NCBI RefSeq assembly: GCF_034521535.1
Contig: NZ_JAXHMF010000004.1
Coordinates: 19,870-83,869, forward strand
DNA length: 64,000 nt
Source of the DNA: Rhodohalobacter sp.
GTDB lineage: Bacteria > Bacteroidota > Rhodothermia > Balneolales > Balneolaceae
Direction: 5' to 3'
Shown here piece after piece: positions 51,496 to 61,659 of the stretch; within the stretch, counting starts at the first letter, position 1; every line of letters begins with the position of its first letter. Below the pieces are notes generated by a model that was not told the origin of the DNA, made no database searches, and worked only from the letters and a program-made list of their open reading frames with translations. A program made the position numbers and the translations under genes.

Positions 51496-51575
51496 TGTTT
51501 CTATTTCCCAGAAAACTTTCGGGAGTTAAAGTTTTCGGAACGATTCACCGTAATCGAATACAAAATCCTATTTCC

Positions 51576-53486
51576 ATGAAAATTCTATCTGTGCAAACAC
51601 TGTTTGCAACCCTATTCCTATATCTATGTTTAATATTCCCTCAATTTACTCAGGCACAAGCCGTTGCCGATACTCTGACTCTTGAAGAGATCACGGTTCA
51701 GTCCACCCGGTTTGATACCGAAAGAAAGAATCAGCCCATTTCCGTTACCCGTTTTTCCGCCGAGGAGCTGGAACTCTACGGCACCGGAAGCATCGCCGAA
51801 CTGATCGGTAAGAGAAGCTCAGCCATGATTCGTGAATATGGACCCGGCGGACTCTCCACACTGTCGATGAGAGGCTACAGCCCGGGACGCACCCAGGTTG
51901 TCTGGAACAATTTTAATTTGAATGATCCGGTCAATGGAGTGTTCGATCTGACTCTGATGCCATCCAACTTTATCCGCTCGATGGAGCTGAGTGCAGGTAA
52001 CAGCAGCACGGCTTACGGCAGTTCGGCCGCCGGAGGAACTCTCTACCTCGATTCAGGTGTAGCAGCCAGTAACTACTCAGCCTGGCAGACACTTGGCAGC
52101 TACGGACAGAATATCCAGGGGGTAAACCTGAACCACAGATCCGGGAGCTGGCATGCCGGACTCTCCCTGCAGCGTGAAGCATCAGACAACGATTTTAAAT
52201 TTGAAAACAATGGCGAGACTCAGACCCGCGATAACAACAGGGTAGAGGCTTTTAACGGACTTGTGAATGCAGGCTATGAAACCGAGCCACTCTCACTGAA
52301 GACAACGCTCTGGTTCTACGATGTGGAGAATCAGTCTCCCGGATCACTGACGTTTCCAAGTGAAACAGCCGTTCAGGATGACCGCGCGCTTCGATCGGCT
52401 ACAAACATCGAGTACCGCTTTGACAATAGCCGGCTCTACAGCAACATCGTATACAGTGATGCCGATACCGACTATACCGATGAGGCTTTTGCAATTGAAA
52501 GTGAAACAAATATTAAATCCTTTTCAAATGAGATCGGGTGGAGTCAGCAGTGGCTGAATAACCTGAAGACAGATCAATCAGCCCGTTTTTTGGTAAACAG
52601 AGTGGAGAGCTCAAATTTTGACCAAAACGAATCGCAGTTCAATTTTGCCTATCGACTGAACAGTGAGTGGCAACCGGACGAATCCCTCAGATTGTTTGGA
52701 GGAATCCGGTACGACTACTATGAAACAGCAGGTGATGCCGTCAGCGGTTCCCTGGGAGCCAACTACAACCTGCTTGGCGATGCATTGATCCTGAGAGGAC
52801 AGTGGAGCCGTAATTTTGTTGCGCCGACCCTGAATGATCTCTACTGGCCAAACGCGGGGAATCCCGACCTGGAGCCGGAAACGAATCAGAAGGGTGAGTT
52901 GGGAATTTTATCCATCCACGAATATGCCGGCGGACGGTTTGAGGCAGAGGTCAACGGATTTACAGGAACTCAAACAGACGGAATTCTCTGGGTATTTGGG
53001 CAGGACGGTCTTTCGGTCCGAAACGTCAACGAAATTGAGACAAATGGATTTGAGCTGAACCTTAAAAATGATTTTCAGTTTACCTCAGATCTGACGCTCA
53101 CTGTGGAAGGAGGTACCGTTTATACGGACGCTACGATCACAGATGATGAATCCAATCCCGGTGCGGAGGGAGGTCAGCTTGTCTATGTGCCTGAATGGTC
53201 ACACAGAGCTCACCTGAATTTGAACTGGAAGAACTTCACGGCCGGAACAGATATCCGTTATACCGGGGAGCGCTACACTACGCAGGATAACAGTCAGGCA
53301 GAACCGCTGGGTTCATTTACCGAGACCGATCTGTTTGGCCGAATCAATCTTCCGGTTGACAACTACCGGATCAGCGTAACCGCTCGTGTCCGCAATCTCG
53401 GAGACAGCCAGAACCAGTTTATCAATGGGTACCCGCTGCCCGGTCGATCCTACCTGGTCACTGCCCGATTTGGCTTCAATCCCTGA
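51576..53486 (+). CDS. btuB: TonB-dependent cobalamin receptor (BtuB-like)
   Basis: Likely start MKILSVQ at 51576 with signal peptide; TonB box LEEITVQSTR; plug LSMRG...; GNPDLEPE; C-terminal PGRSYLVTARF; lies behind the B12 riboswitch. Confidence 0.85.
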   Translation: MKILSVQTLFATLFLYLCLIFPQFTQAQAVADTLTLEEITVQSTRFDTERKNQPISVTRFSAEELELYGTGSIAELIGKRSSAMIREYGPGGLSTLSMRGYSPGRTQVVWNNFNLNDPVNGVFDLTLMPSNFIRSMELSAGNSSTAYGSSAAGGTLYLDSGVAASNYSAWQTLGSYGQNIQGVNLNHRSGSWHAGLSLQREASDNDFKFENNGETQTRDNNRVEAFNGLVNAGYETEPLSLKTTLWFYDVENQSPGSLTFPSETAVQDDRALRSATNIEYRFDNSRLYSNIVYSDADTDYTDEAFAIESETNIKSFSNEIGWSQQWLNNLKTDQSARFLVNRVESSNFDQNESQFNFAYRLNSEWQPDESLRLFGGIRYDYYETAGDAVSGSLGANYNLLGDALILRGQWSRNFVAPTLNDLYWPNAGNPDLEPETNQKGELGILSIHEYAGGRFEAEVNGFTGTQTDGILWVFGQDGLSVRNVNEIETNGFELNLKNDFQFTSDLTLTVEGGTVYTDATITDDESNPGAEGGQLVYVPEWSHRAHLNLNWKNFTAGTDIRYTGERYTTQDNSQAEPLGSFTETDLFGRINLPVDNYRISVTARVRNLGDSQNQFINGYPLPGRSYLVTARFGFNP

Positions 53487-53783
53487 TCCATTCAGCCCTG
53501 CACAGTATAAGTATTAATACCTATAGGAATTGGTCATTATTAAAAGGATCGGCAGAATTCGCACTGATTATAATTACACTTCCTGCCATCGGCGGGAGGT
53601 GTAGTGGTGCGAATCCTTTACCACTAATCATGTATTAAAAATTACTATATATCTGTGTATTCAAAAATAGAAATAATAATTGAAAAGAAGCCAAACCTGA
53701 AACAGGTTGCTGAATAGAAGATGTTGAAAATAAATATCCTGCGATACGATGAAAGCACAGGATTTGTGGTAATCTAGCTCTAA

Positions 53784-54007
53784 TGTGGATAACTAGGACA
53801 AATTGTGGATAACTCACAAATCAAGCTTTAAGGGCTTAAAACCGTGTTAATTATCCACAGGGCGGTGTTGATATCGTGTGAAGGTTGTATAAATCGATCT
53901 GAGATGGATTCGATCGGCCTTCATTCGGGTGGATTGGTTGTCAAGTTAAAATTCAATTTATTATCCAACTTTTTCTAATGTGGATAACTCGGTGAATTTG
54001 TGGAAAA
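53784..54007. promoter_or_regulatory. DnaA-box cluster (oriC candidate or DnaA-regulated nrdJ promoter)
   Basis: Perfect TTATCCACA/TGTGGATAA at 53784, 53804, 53851 and 53979; a 1-mismatch box at 53999; weaker boxes near 53866 and 53961; AT-rich tract at about 53630-53740. Confidence 0.8.
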
Positions 54008-54023
54008 GTAATTGAATTTTTTC

Positions 54024-54073
54024 TTGCTGTCATACCTCCGCTCGGATATATTACCAAGCACAATATTTAGCAA
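54024..54073 (+). promoter_or_regulatory. Sigma70-type promoter and NrdR box of nrdJ
   Basis: TTGCTG-17 bp-TATATT (54024-54052), then GCACAATATTTAGCAA (54058-54073) matching the NrdR consensus acaCwAtATaTwGtg. Confidence 0.65.
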
Positions 54074-54166
54074 TACCCGGTTGGTGTGATCAACCAAAAT
54101 GTCATCTCACGAGAAGCAAGTAATTAGTAATCAGATACGTTAAGAATAAGTTAAGGAGTAATACCT

Positions 54167-57100
54167 ATGCAATTTAGCCGACTATATACGAAAGCAGACT
54201 GGAAGACCCCGTTTGATTCCATCAAATTTGAAAAGAGAAAATCAGAGATTAAAAACCCCGACGGGTCTGTCATCTTTAAAATGGAGAATGTTGTTGTACC
54301 AAAATCCTGGTCACAGGTAGCAACCGACATTATTGCCCAGAAATATTTTCGTAAGGCCGGTGTTCCTGCTAAGCTGAAAAAAATTGAAGAGAAGGGTGTG
54401 CCGGAATGGTTGCAGCGTTCCGAGCCGGATGAGAAAGCCCTCAAAAAGATGGATGAAGAGGAGCGTTACTCCCATGAAATTGACAGCCGGCAGGTATTTC
54501 ATCGTTTGGCAGGCTGCTGGACCTACTGGGGATGGAAGCACGACTACTTCGATTCTGAAGATCATGCCAAAGTATTTTACGAAGAACTCTGCCACATGCT
54601 GGCTAACCAGATGGCGGCTCCCAACAGTCCGCAGTGGTTCAACACCGGACTGCACTGGGCATACGGAATTAACGGACCGGCTCAGGGCCACTACTATGTA
54701 GACGGCAAGACCGGCAAACTTACCAAATCAAAAGATGCCTATACGCATCCGCAACCGCACGCATGCTTTATCCAAAGCGTGGATGACGACCTTGTGAATG
54801 AAGGCGGAATCATGGACCTGTGGGTTCGTGAGGCGAGACTCTTTAAATATGGCTCCGGAACCGGATCCAACTTTTCAGCACTTCGCGGATCGGGCGAACC
54901 GTTGAGCGGCGGCGGAAAATCATCCGGACTGATGAGCTTCCTGAAGATCGGTGACCGCGCTGCCGGTGCGATCAAATCAGGCGGTACAACAAGACGGGCT
55001 GCCAAGATGGTAACGCTCGATCTGGATCACCCGGACATCGAAGAGTATATCAACTGGAAGGTGAGAGAGGAGCAGAAAGTGGCTTCTATCGTAGCCGGAT
55101 CAAAAATTACCGAGAAGTATCTGAAACGAATCATCAACCTGTGCCACGAACCGGTGGAAGTTGACGGACAATCCTATAACGGTGCGATCAGTCGCGATCC
55201 GCTGAAAAACAAAGAGCTGGGACGCACAATTCGTGAGGCGAAACAGCATCAGGTGCCGCTCAACTATATCGAGCGCGTGATTCAGCTTGCTGCACAGGGC
55301 TTCACCGATATCGAATTTGATACCTACGACACCGACTGGAATTCCGAAGCGTACATGACGGTAAGCGGTCAGAACTCCAACAACTCCGTTCGCATACCGA
55401 ACAGCTTTATGAAGGCCGTTGTGGACAACGAAGAGTGGAATCTCTACGGACGTGTTGAGATGAAAAACGCCAAGAAAGAGAATCGTGAGCCGGAGCCGAT
55501 GAAGACGCTTCAGGCGCGTGATCTCTGGGATCAGATCTCCTACGCGGCGTGGTCATGTGCCGATCCGGGAACGCAGTATCACGATACGATCAACGAATGG
55601 CACACCTGCCCGGAAGACGGCCCGATCAAGGCGAGTAATCCGTGTTCAGAATATATGTTCCTCGACAACACTGCGTGTAACCTCGCATCGCTCAACCTGA
55701 TGAAGTTCTTCAAGGATGAGGACTGCAAGCAGTTTGATGTGGAGTCGATTCGTCACGCAACCCGACTCTGGACTACTGTTCTGGAGATCGCGGTTCTGAT
55801 GGCGCAGTTCCCTTCAAAAGAGATTGCGGATCTTTCCTACAAATTCCGAACACTCGGACTCGGTTATGCCAACCTGGGAGCAGCCCTGATGGTTCAGGGT
55901 GCACCGTACGACAGTGAGCGCGGATGTGCTATTGCGGGTTCAATTACGTCGATCATGCATATGAAATCGTACGCAACCAGTGCGGAACTGGCCAAAGAGC
56001 TGGGCACGTTTGAAGGATATGAGCGAAACAAAGAGCACATGCAGCGCGTGCTTCGCAACCACCGCCGGGCGGCCTACAACGTGGCTCCCGAAGAGTATGA
56101 GGATCTGACCATCAGGCCGAAAGGAATTGATGCGAATCAGTGTCCGGGCTATCTGCTGAAAGCGGCCCGCGAAGATGCCGATCAGGCAGTGAAGCTGGGT
56201 GAAGAGAACGGATTCAGAAATGCGCAGGTAACCGTGATTGCACCGACCGGAACCATCGGTCTGGTGATGGACTGCGATACCACAGGAATTGAGCCGGACT
56301 TTGCGCTTGTGAAGTTCAAGAAGCTGGCCGGCGGCGGTTACTTCAAGATTATCAACCAGAGTGTGCCGCTTGCGCTGAAGAATCTCGGGTACAAGCCGAA
56401 GCAGATTGATGAGATTATCAACTATGCGAAAGGGTACGGTACCCTGGAAGGTTGTCCTCATATCAATCCGGAAACGCTGAAAGAGAAAGGATTTACCGAC
56501 AAGCAGCTGGATGCCGTAAATGAGGCACTGCCCGGCAGTTTTGATATCAAATTTGCGTTTAACCAGTGGACACTGGGCGAGGATTTCTGCAAGGATGTTC
56601 TCGATATCAGCGAAGAGCAGCTTTCCGATTTCAACTTTGATATGCTGCGATACCTCGGATTCAGCAGAGAGCAGATTCAGGAAGCGAACGACTATGTTTG
56701 CGGAACCATGACGGTTGAGGGAGCTCCTCACCTGAAGGATGAACACCTGGCGGTTTTTGACTGCGCGAACAAGTGCGGCCGAACCGGTACGCGATACATC
56801 TCTGCAAAAGGGCATATCAACATGATGGCGGCGGCACAGCCGTTTATCTCCGGTGCGATCTCCAAGACGATCAACCTGCCGAATGAGGCAACCGTTGAGG
56901 ATATCAAGGAGGCGTACATGCTCTCATGGCAGCTGATGCTGAAAGCGAACGCGCTCTACAGAGACGGATCGAAACTGAGTCAGCCGCTCAACTCCATGAG
57001 TGATGTGCTCGAAGAGCTGGAAGATGAGGATGATCCAGACAGCATGGCGGCACAGGATAACGTGGTGAAAACCGCTGAGAAGATCATTCACAAGTATGTG

Positions 57101-57745
57101 GCTCGCCGGCAGCGATTGCCGTTCAGACGAAGCGGATATACTCAGAAAGTGAAGATTGGCGGACAGAGCGTCTATGTGAGAACCGGTGAGTATGAAAACG
57201 GACAGCTCGGTGAGATCTTCATCGACATGCACCGGGAGGGAGCGGCCTTCAGAAGTCTGATGAACTGCTTTGCGATCTCCATTTCACTCGGCCTGCAGCA
57301 CGGCGTACCGCTCGAAGAGTTTGTGGATGCGTTTGTATTCACCAAGTTTGAGCCAAGCGGCATGGTAGCCGGAAGCCCTCACGTGAAGATGACCACGTCG
57401 GTGATCGACTACATCTTCCGCGAGCTGGCGGTAACCTACCTTGAGCGGGATGATCTGGCTCATGTCTCTCCAGAAGAGATTATGACCCGGAAACTGCGTC
57501 CGTCCGAAGAGGATGAGCTCGAAGAGCAGGTAGCGAAGAAAGTGCATCAGAAAAAACATCCGGTTACTGAAACGGAAGGTGCTGCAAAGATAGAACTTGA
57601 AGACGAAGCAGAAACAGACTATGACCGGGCGAAGCAGCTCGGTTATACAGGCGACTCGTGCCCCGAGTGCGGGAGCATGACGATGATCCGGAATGGGACA
57701 TGCCAGAAGTGCATAACGTGCGGATCTACGACAGGGTGCTCCTGA
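54167..57745 (+). CDS. nrdJ: Class II (adenosylcobalamin-dependent) ribonucleotide reductase
   Basis: [63 protein letters not shown]-terminal CPECG...[11 protein letters not shown]; SD taaggag. Confidence 0.97.
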   Translation: MQFSRLYTKADWKTPFDSIKFEKRKSEIKNPDGSVIFKMENVVVPKSWSQVATDIIAQKYFRKAGVPAKLKKIEEKGVPEWLQRSEPDEKALKKMDEEERYSHEIDSRQVFHRLAGCWTYWGWKHDYFDSEDHAKVFYEELCHMLANQMAAPNSPQWFNTGLHWAYGINGPAQGHYYVDGKTGKLTKSKDAYTHPQPHACFIQSVDDDLVNEGGIMDLWVREARLFKYGSGTGSNFSALRGSGEPLSGGGKSSGLMSFLKIGDRAAGAIKSGGTTRRAAKMVTLDLDHPDIEEYINWKVREEQKVASIVAGSKITEKYLKRIINLCHEPVEVDGQSYNGAISRDPLKNKELGRTIREAKQHQVPLNYIERVIQLAAQGFTDIEFDTYDTDWNSEAYMTVSGQNSNNSVRIPNSFMKAVVDNEEWNLYGRVEMKNAKKENREPEPMKTLQARDLWDQISYAAWSCADPGTQYHDTINEWHTCPEDGPIKASNPCSEYMFLDNTACNLASLNLMKFFKDEDCKQFDVESIRHATRLWTTVLEIAVLMAQFPSKEIADLSYKFRTLGLGYANLGAALMVQGAPYDSERGCAIAGSITSIMHMKSYATSAELAKELGTFEGYERNKEHMQRVLRNHRRAAYNVAPEEYEDLTIRPKGIDANQCPGYLLKAAREDADQAVKLGEENGFRNAQVTVIAPTGTIGLVMDCDTTGIEPDFALVKFKKLAGGGYFKIINQSVPLALKNLGYKPKQIDEIINYAKGYGTLEGCPHINPETLKEKGFTDKQLDAVNEALPGSFDIKFAFNQWTLGEDFCKDVLDISEEQLSDFNFDMLRYLGFSREQIQEANDYVCGTMTVEGAPHLKDEHLAVFDCANKCGRTGTRYISAKGHINMMAAAQPFISGAISKTINLPNEATVEDIKEAYMLSWQLMLKANALYRDGSKLSQPLNSMSDVLEELEDEDDPDSMAAQDNVVKTAEKIIHKYVARRQRLPFRRSGYTQKVKIGGQSVYVRTGEYENGQLGEIFIDMHREGAAFRSLMNCFAISISLGLQHGVPLEEFVDAFVFTKFEPSGMVAGSPHVKMTTSVIDYIFRELAVTYLERDDLAHVSPEEIMTRKLRPSEEDELEEQVAKKVHQKKHPVTETEGAAKIELEDEAETDYDRAKQLGYTGDSCPECGSMTMIRNGTCQKCITCGSTTGCS

Positions 57746-57774
57746 TTTAGCAATCGAATAGGCTAGTCTTTTTT

Positions 57775-57812
57775 CAGCCCGGCGGACGGAAAATCCGTCG
57801 GGTTGTTTTTTT
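57775..57812 (+). terminator. Rho-independent terminator after nrdJ
   Basis: cagcccggcgga-cggaaaa-tccgtcgggttg followed by a T tract. Confidence 0.8.
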
Positions 57813-57885
57813 ATGGGCTGGCGAGACGCGAGAGGCCAGAGGCGAGTTGTTCTGCCGTGCAACGAGTTGACAATTTTATCATTAC

Positions 57886-58052
57886 TACGTCACTTCGAGC
57901 CTTTCGGCAAGCTCAAGACAGGCTGCAGTCTAGAAGCCAGATGCGAGTTGCTGTGAAAATTTTATCCTTACGTCACTTCGAGCGCAGTGTTAACGGAGAC
58001 GAGAAGTAAGTGCCATGAAACAACGAGTTCTCGTCTTCGCTCGAACTGACGA
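57886..58052. repeat. REP cluster (cgtcacttcgagc.../...cgctcgaactgacg)
   Basis: Two direct copies of tacgtcacttcgagc and one inverted cgctcgaactgacg; same family as the repeats inside 17173-17348. Confidence 0.7.
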
Positions 58053-58238
58053 TTGGAAAAATATTTACAGAGTACGATCATCCGAGTTCAATAGATTTAG
58101 TCACGCAACAGATATTTCGACACCGAGAATGATAACATAGCACACAGCTACTGCCCGTGTAGCGAGAGGGCAGATTTTCTTTCAGATCAGAAGTACGTTG
58201 AAATCCGGAAGAAAGAGAGAAACGGAAGATGACCGGAA

Positions 58239-58380
58239 AAATAACATACGGACATCCGACCGAACCTGAGAATCCTTTTATCCGGCAATGATGATGCTTT
58301 ATTGAGCGGTTAAGGATGATTCGGAATATGATAAGACATTCAATGAGATAGATGGAGTGTCGGATAATTATATGTTATGC
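58239..58380 (+). other. attC-like imperfect palindrome #1 (tyrosine-recombinase site candidate)
   Basis: ATAACATAcggacATCCGAC (58241-58260) pairs with GTCGGATaattaTATGTTAT (58359-58378); ends TAAC...GTTA, about 140 bp. Confidence 0.55.
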
Positions 58381-58402
58381 GTACTTAATTAAACATTTAC
58401 AT

Positions 58403-59995
58403 CATGAGAATACAATGAGAATATTGATATTGTCAATTTGACATTTTAGCAATAAAGGATCTAGCAATCTTAAAATCGAGACTAATTCTTGAGATAGAAT
58501 GACTCAGGATAATCTATAATATCTAGTAAGCTTTAGACTCTTATTTCAGAAATAGTTGGAACTCAGATAATTGTACATGGAACATAGAATGGATATAACT
58601 GAGATTACAATTCGATGTAATTTACCTATTTGATAATAAATGCATTGATAGCAACATCGATGCTGATAGATTAAGTTACTTAAGTATACATTTGAAATTC
58701 AAGTATCGGTAGGACTAATCAGAAATCTTTTAAATACGTGTAACAATATTGATGATTCAAGATCAAAATGTTATCTAGTTAAACGAATTAGTATTAATAA
58801 GTAGTTATTCTGAAATTGATGAATTATAATCATGCAGTTGAGATTATAAGTTCTGAAAAGTCAGATATGATGAATGACAGATGCAAATTGAAGAATCTAT
58901 AAAGCATGATGGTATTAATTAATCTATGATTATATGTAAACAATACGACAACCTAGAACATCAGTATTGAATTATTATTTAATGAGCAAGTAATGCAAGA
59001 TTTACAATGATGAATCTATCAGAAACAGATTCATGTAATTGCTTAGATGAATCATTAGAAAATAATTATGATTAACATCAATATAATTAGAGAAACTATG
59101 TACAAGTGACTTGACAAACATTTAGACTATAACCAATGATCTAGAAAAGAATTAAGATTTACAACATTTAATGCTCAGTCAGCAATGGAGACAACTTGAT
59201 GAAATCATAATAAAGATCTTGAAAATATTAGAATGATATTTTGAATTTGATATCGATTAGGAATCATTCAACATTATGGTACAGATGATTCCAAAACATT
59301 ATATAGCTGACATCGAAATGGTAGAACTGCCGAAATAGTTATGCGTCAAATCATCAAGATTACTTGGAGATTATATAGATAAATTCACCAATTGTCAGTT
59401 ATTTAAACCAAGATTGAGACATCATAGTAAGTCGAATGACTTAGAAATTATATACGTCAAAGCTGAATATGTATTTGAAATAGTTATTAACATGGTAAAA
59501 TTTGCAGATCTTGAGAATGTAATATAGAGACTATTTCTGAATTAGGAGAACTGATGAATCATTTCAGTTCTCTAGATCATGTTAGCTAGTAGCTTCTCAA
59601 ATATTGATGAAGAAGGCTACATTAGCAGATTCATGAATTGATAAATGTTCGAAAATCAATAGGCAATTCTTAGTAAGCTCAGATAAGGAAGTTGACTTGG
59701 TATATCAGCAAATAGAAATTCTAGTAGATCAAGTATGAAAAGATTAGATGAAGCTTAACTTAGAAGACGTTCATTGAAAACAAGTCACCTGAAGATGAGA
59801 TTTCGGTAAGTACTTCCAGCTCTATTCGATGATAATGCAAATGCAGAATAAGCTCATGATTAAGCAAGAGTCAGATTTTGAGGTGAATTGTCAAACAGAA
59901 ATGATCAGATGCTAACGGATGATTCTGGATGAATGATACTTGCAGTACATTAGGGTACTATTGATGTAATGAATTTATAGTAAATTACAGTAACT
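58403..59995 (+). pseudogene. AT-rich, heavily frame-broken gene of unknown function (real decay or unpolished sequence)
   Basis: No ORF of 60 aa or more in any frame over about 2 kb; the + strand is rich in GAA/GAT/AAT-type triplets; ATGs lie just after the upstream GTTATGC. Confidence 0.5.
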
Positions 59996-59997
59996 GT

Positions 59998-60087
59998 ACA
60001 TTAACAAGAGTTATAGCGGACGATTTATCGTTATTTACTCAATTCAAAACTGATTGCCGCGCCGCTTAAACGCTAGAACCGTTATCT
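59998..60087 (+). other. attC-like imperfect palindrome #2
   Basis: TTAACAAGAGTTATAGCGGACG...CGCCGCTTAAACGCTAGAACCGTTATCT, about 90 bp; AGCGG/CCGCT inner boxes; next ATG at 60108. Confidence 0.55.
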
Positions 60088-60107
60088 CATATCACTACAC
60101 TCACAAC

Positions 60108-60404
60108 ATGCCTCTCAGAACATTCACTCTCGCGAGTATCGGATTCCTGACCCTCACTCTTTCCTGTGCTCAGACAAATCCCCAAACCTTTCAGTGTTCT
60201 GAATATGAGTGGCAGTCCGTTCAGGACCTGGTCTTTCCCTACCTGGAGGATGAGATGCAGACCGCTATGGTGATGCAGGCACAGAGTTCAGAGTATCAGC
60301 CTGCTGCCGCGGCTGATTTTGCCCTCACGTTTGAGGAGGCCTATCCCGATTCGGTGACGGCGCTGTTGCAGAAAATTGAAAAATGCCAGGGGAGTCCTTC
60401 TTGA
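60108..60404 (+). CDS. Small hypothetical lipoprotein
   Basis: MPLRTFTLASIGFLTLTLSC lipobox; the ATG at 60108 is preferred to the track start at 60054. Confidence 0.7.
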   Translation: MPLRTFTLASIGFLTLTLSCAQTNPQTFQCSEYEWQSVQDLVFPYLEDEMQTAMVMQAQSSEYQPAAAADFALTFEEAYPDSVTALLQKIEKCQGSPS

Positions 60405-60940
60405 ATATCCGCCAATCAACCCCGAAAGATAACCCTGCCATTCGAAATCTGCATCTGAGTGCGTTTCCAAAAGAGGAGAGAGAGGTGGTGGCAAAACTGG
60501 CAGCGGACCTGATTTCTGAACCGACTGAACCTGAAACGCTATCTCTTGTGGCGGAAACGGATGGCGGAGATCTTGCAGGGCACGTGGTTTTTAGTCCGGT
60601 CCGGATCAATAATCACGACGAAATAGCAGGCTACATTTTGGCCCCGCTTGGGGTGAGTCCGGAGCATCAGAATCAGGGAGTTGGGTCTGCATTGATCAAG
60701 CAAGGGCTGGAATGGCTTGCCAGTAAAGGCGTTCATCTGGTGTTTGTGTATGGCGATCCGGCCTACTATGGCAGATATGGCTTTGATGCCGGGACAGCAG
60801 TAAACTATCAACCGAAGTTTGAGATGGAGTTCCCATTTGGGTGGCAGGCGTTGGTTTTAAATCCAAAGGGTGAGGAGGGACCGGATCAACCGGTAACGAT
60901 TACCTTTGTACCCGCCCTACAGGATCCGGGGCTATGGTGA
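60401..60940 (+). CDS. GNAT N-acetyltransferase (YhbS-like)
   Basis: LSLVAE, GHVVFSPV, LAPLGVSPEHQNQGVGSALI, VFVYGDPAYYGRYGF; likely TTG start overlapping the upstream TGA. Confidence 0.9.
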   Translation: MNIRQSTPKDNPAIRNLHLSAFPKEEREVVAKLAADLISEPTEPETLSLVAETDGGDLAGHVVFSPVRINNHDEIAGYILAPLGVSPEHQNQGVGSALIKQGLEWLASKGVHLVFVYGDPAYYGRYGFDAGTAVNYQPKFEMEFPFGWQALVLNPKGEEGPDQPVTITFVPALQDPGLW

Positions 60941-60961
60941 TGGTTTGTTGTTTATTTTAAT

Positions 60962-61173
60962 GTCAGTTCAAGATAAAGAACTCCAAAAAGTCCCCCTTCG
61001 ACCAGTCTTCCAAAGCTTTAGCGAAGGGAGAAGGGGGCGAGGGGGATGACCTGATGGATAAATATTCACATTGATAATTCATCATTTAGCTTCGAATCTA
61101 TTACTATTCATCCCCATTGTTCTCCGACAGCAGTCGGATGGACACTTTCTACCAAATTCTTTCACGAACTCAT
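60962..61173. mobile_element. Degenerate third element of the GTGAGTTCGAKATAA TIR family
   Basis: gtcagttcaagataa at 60962 and ctttcacgaactcat at 61159-61173; interior tcccccttc...gaagggggcgagggggatga REP. Confidence 0.45.
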
Positions 61174-61194
61174 GTTATTTTAAGAATATTGGGC

Positions 61195-61314
61195 ACTTTT
61201 AAAAAAAGTCTGAGAGACAATGATGTATTGGTAAGAATTCACTCAGCATCCATCAATGACTGGGATTGGGGGTTGGACAGAGGCAAGCCATTTGTTACTG
61301 ATTCTATTTTTTAA
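61195..61314 (+). pseudogene. N-terminal fragment of an MDR-family (quinone oxidoreductase/alcohol dehydrogenase-like) gene
   Basis: DNDVLVRIHSASINDWDWGLDRGKPF matches the family's EVLVKVHAASVNxxDW...GxP motif, then stops. Confidence 0.65.
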
Positions 61315-61659
61315 AACGATAATCAAAATAAAAGCAACACCACAATAAAGTGTATAGTGCATACCTTTCAGGATACTCACCATACACAAAACGTTGTTAG
61401 AATTGTCTTCATACCATAGAATCAGTAGATTTATTTTTATGATGATAAAAAAAACCACTTATCAATTGGATAGCGAATTATGGAAGATGAATACGTTATT
61501 AACGGAGTAGATAAATTTAGAAGTGCCTCTCTCAGTGAGCTTCCCAAGGAAATTGTTGAACTGCTGCAGATGTCGGATGAAAGTTCAAAAAAAGAGTGTA
61601 TAGAACACTCAAACTCAAGATCAATTCTTGGTAGAAAATGAAAAATGTTCTTTGGACGC

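Noticed and set aside
51405-51575. Extended N-terminus of the TonB receptor
   Set aside because: It overlaps the riboswitch; the signal peptide starts at the ATG at 51576.
55940-56815. 291-aa antisense ORF in nrdJ, and similar ones such as 28512-29111, 57284-57862 and 17439-17897
   Set aside because: Shadow ORFs of well-supported genes with no recognisable motifs.
54167-57745. Intein or intron in nrdJ
   Set aside because: The frame is continuous with no visible splice-junction or LAGLIDADG motifs; the length fits large class II enzymes.
58357-58385. The chromosomal dif site
   Set aside because: 7-nt spacer, poor second arm, part of a larger palindrome and only about 4.4 kb from the DnaA-box cluster; kept only as a dif-like candidate.
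58403-59995. Alternative genetic code or stop-codon readthrough
   Set aside because: All three stop types occur and readable stretches switch frame, which fits indels; flanking genes use the standard code.
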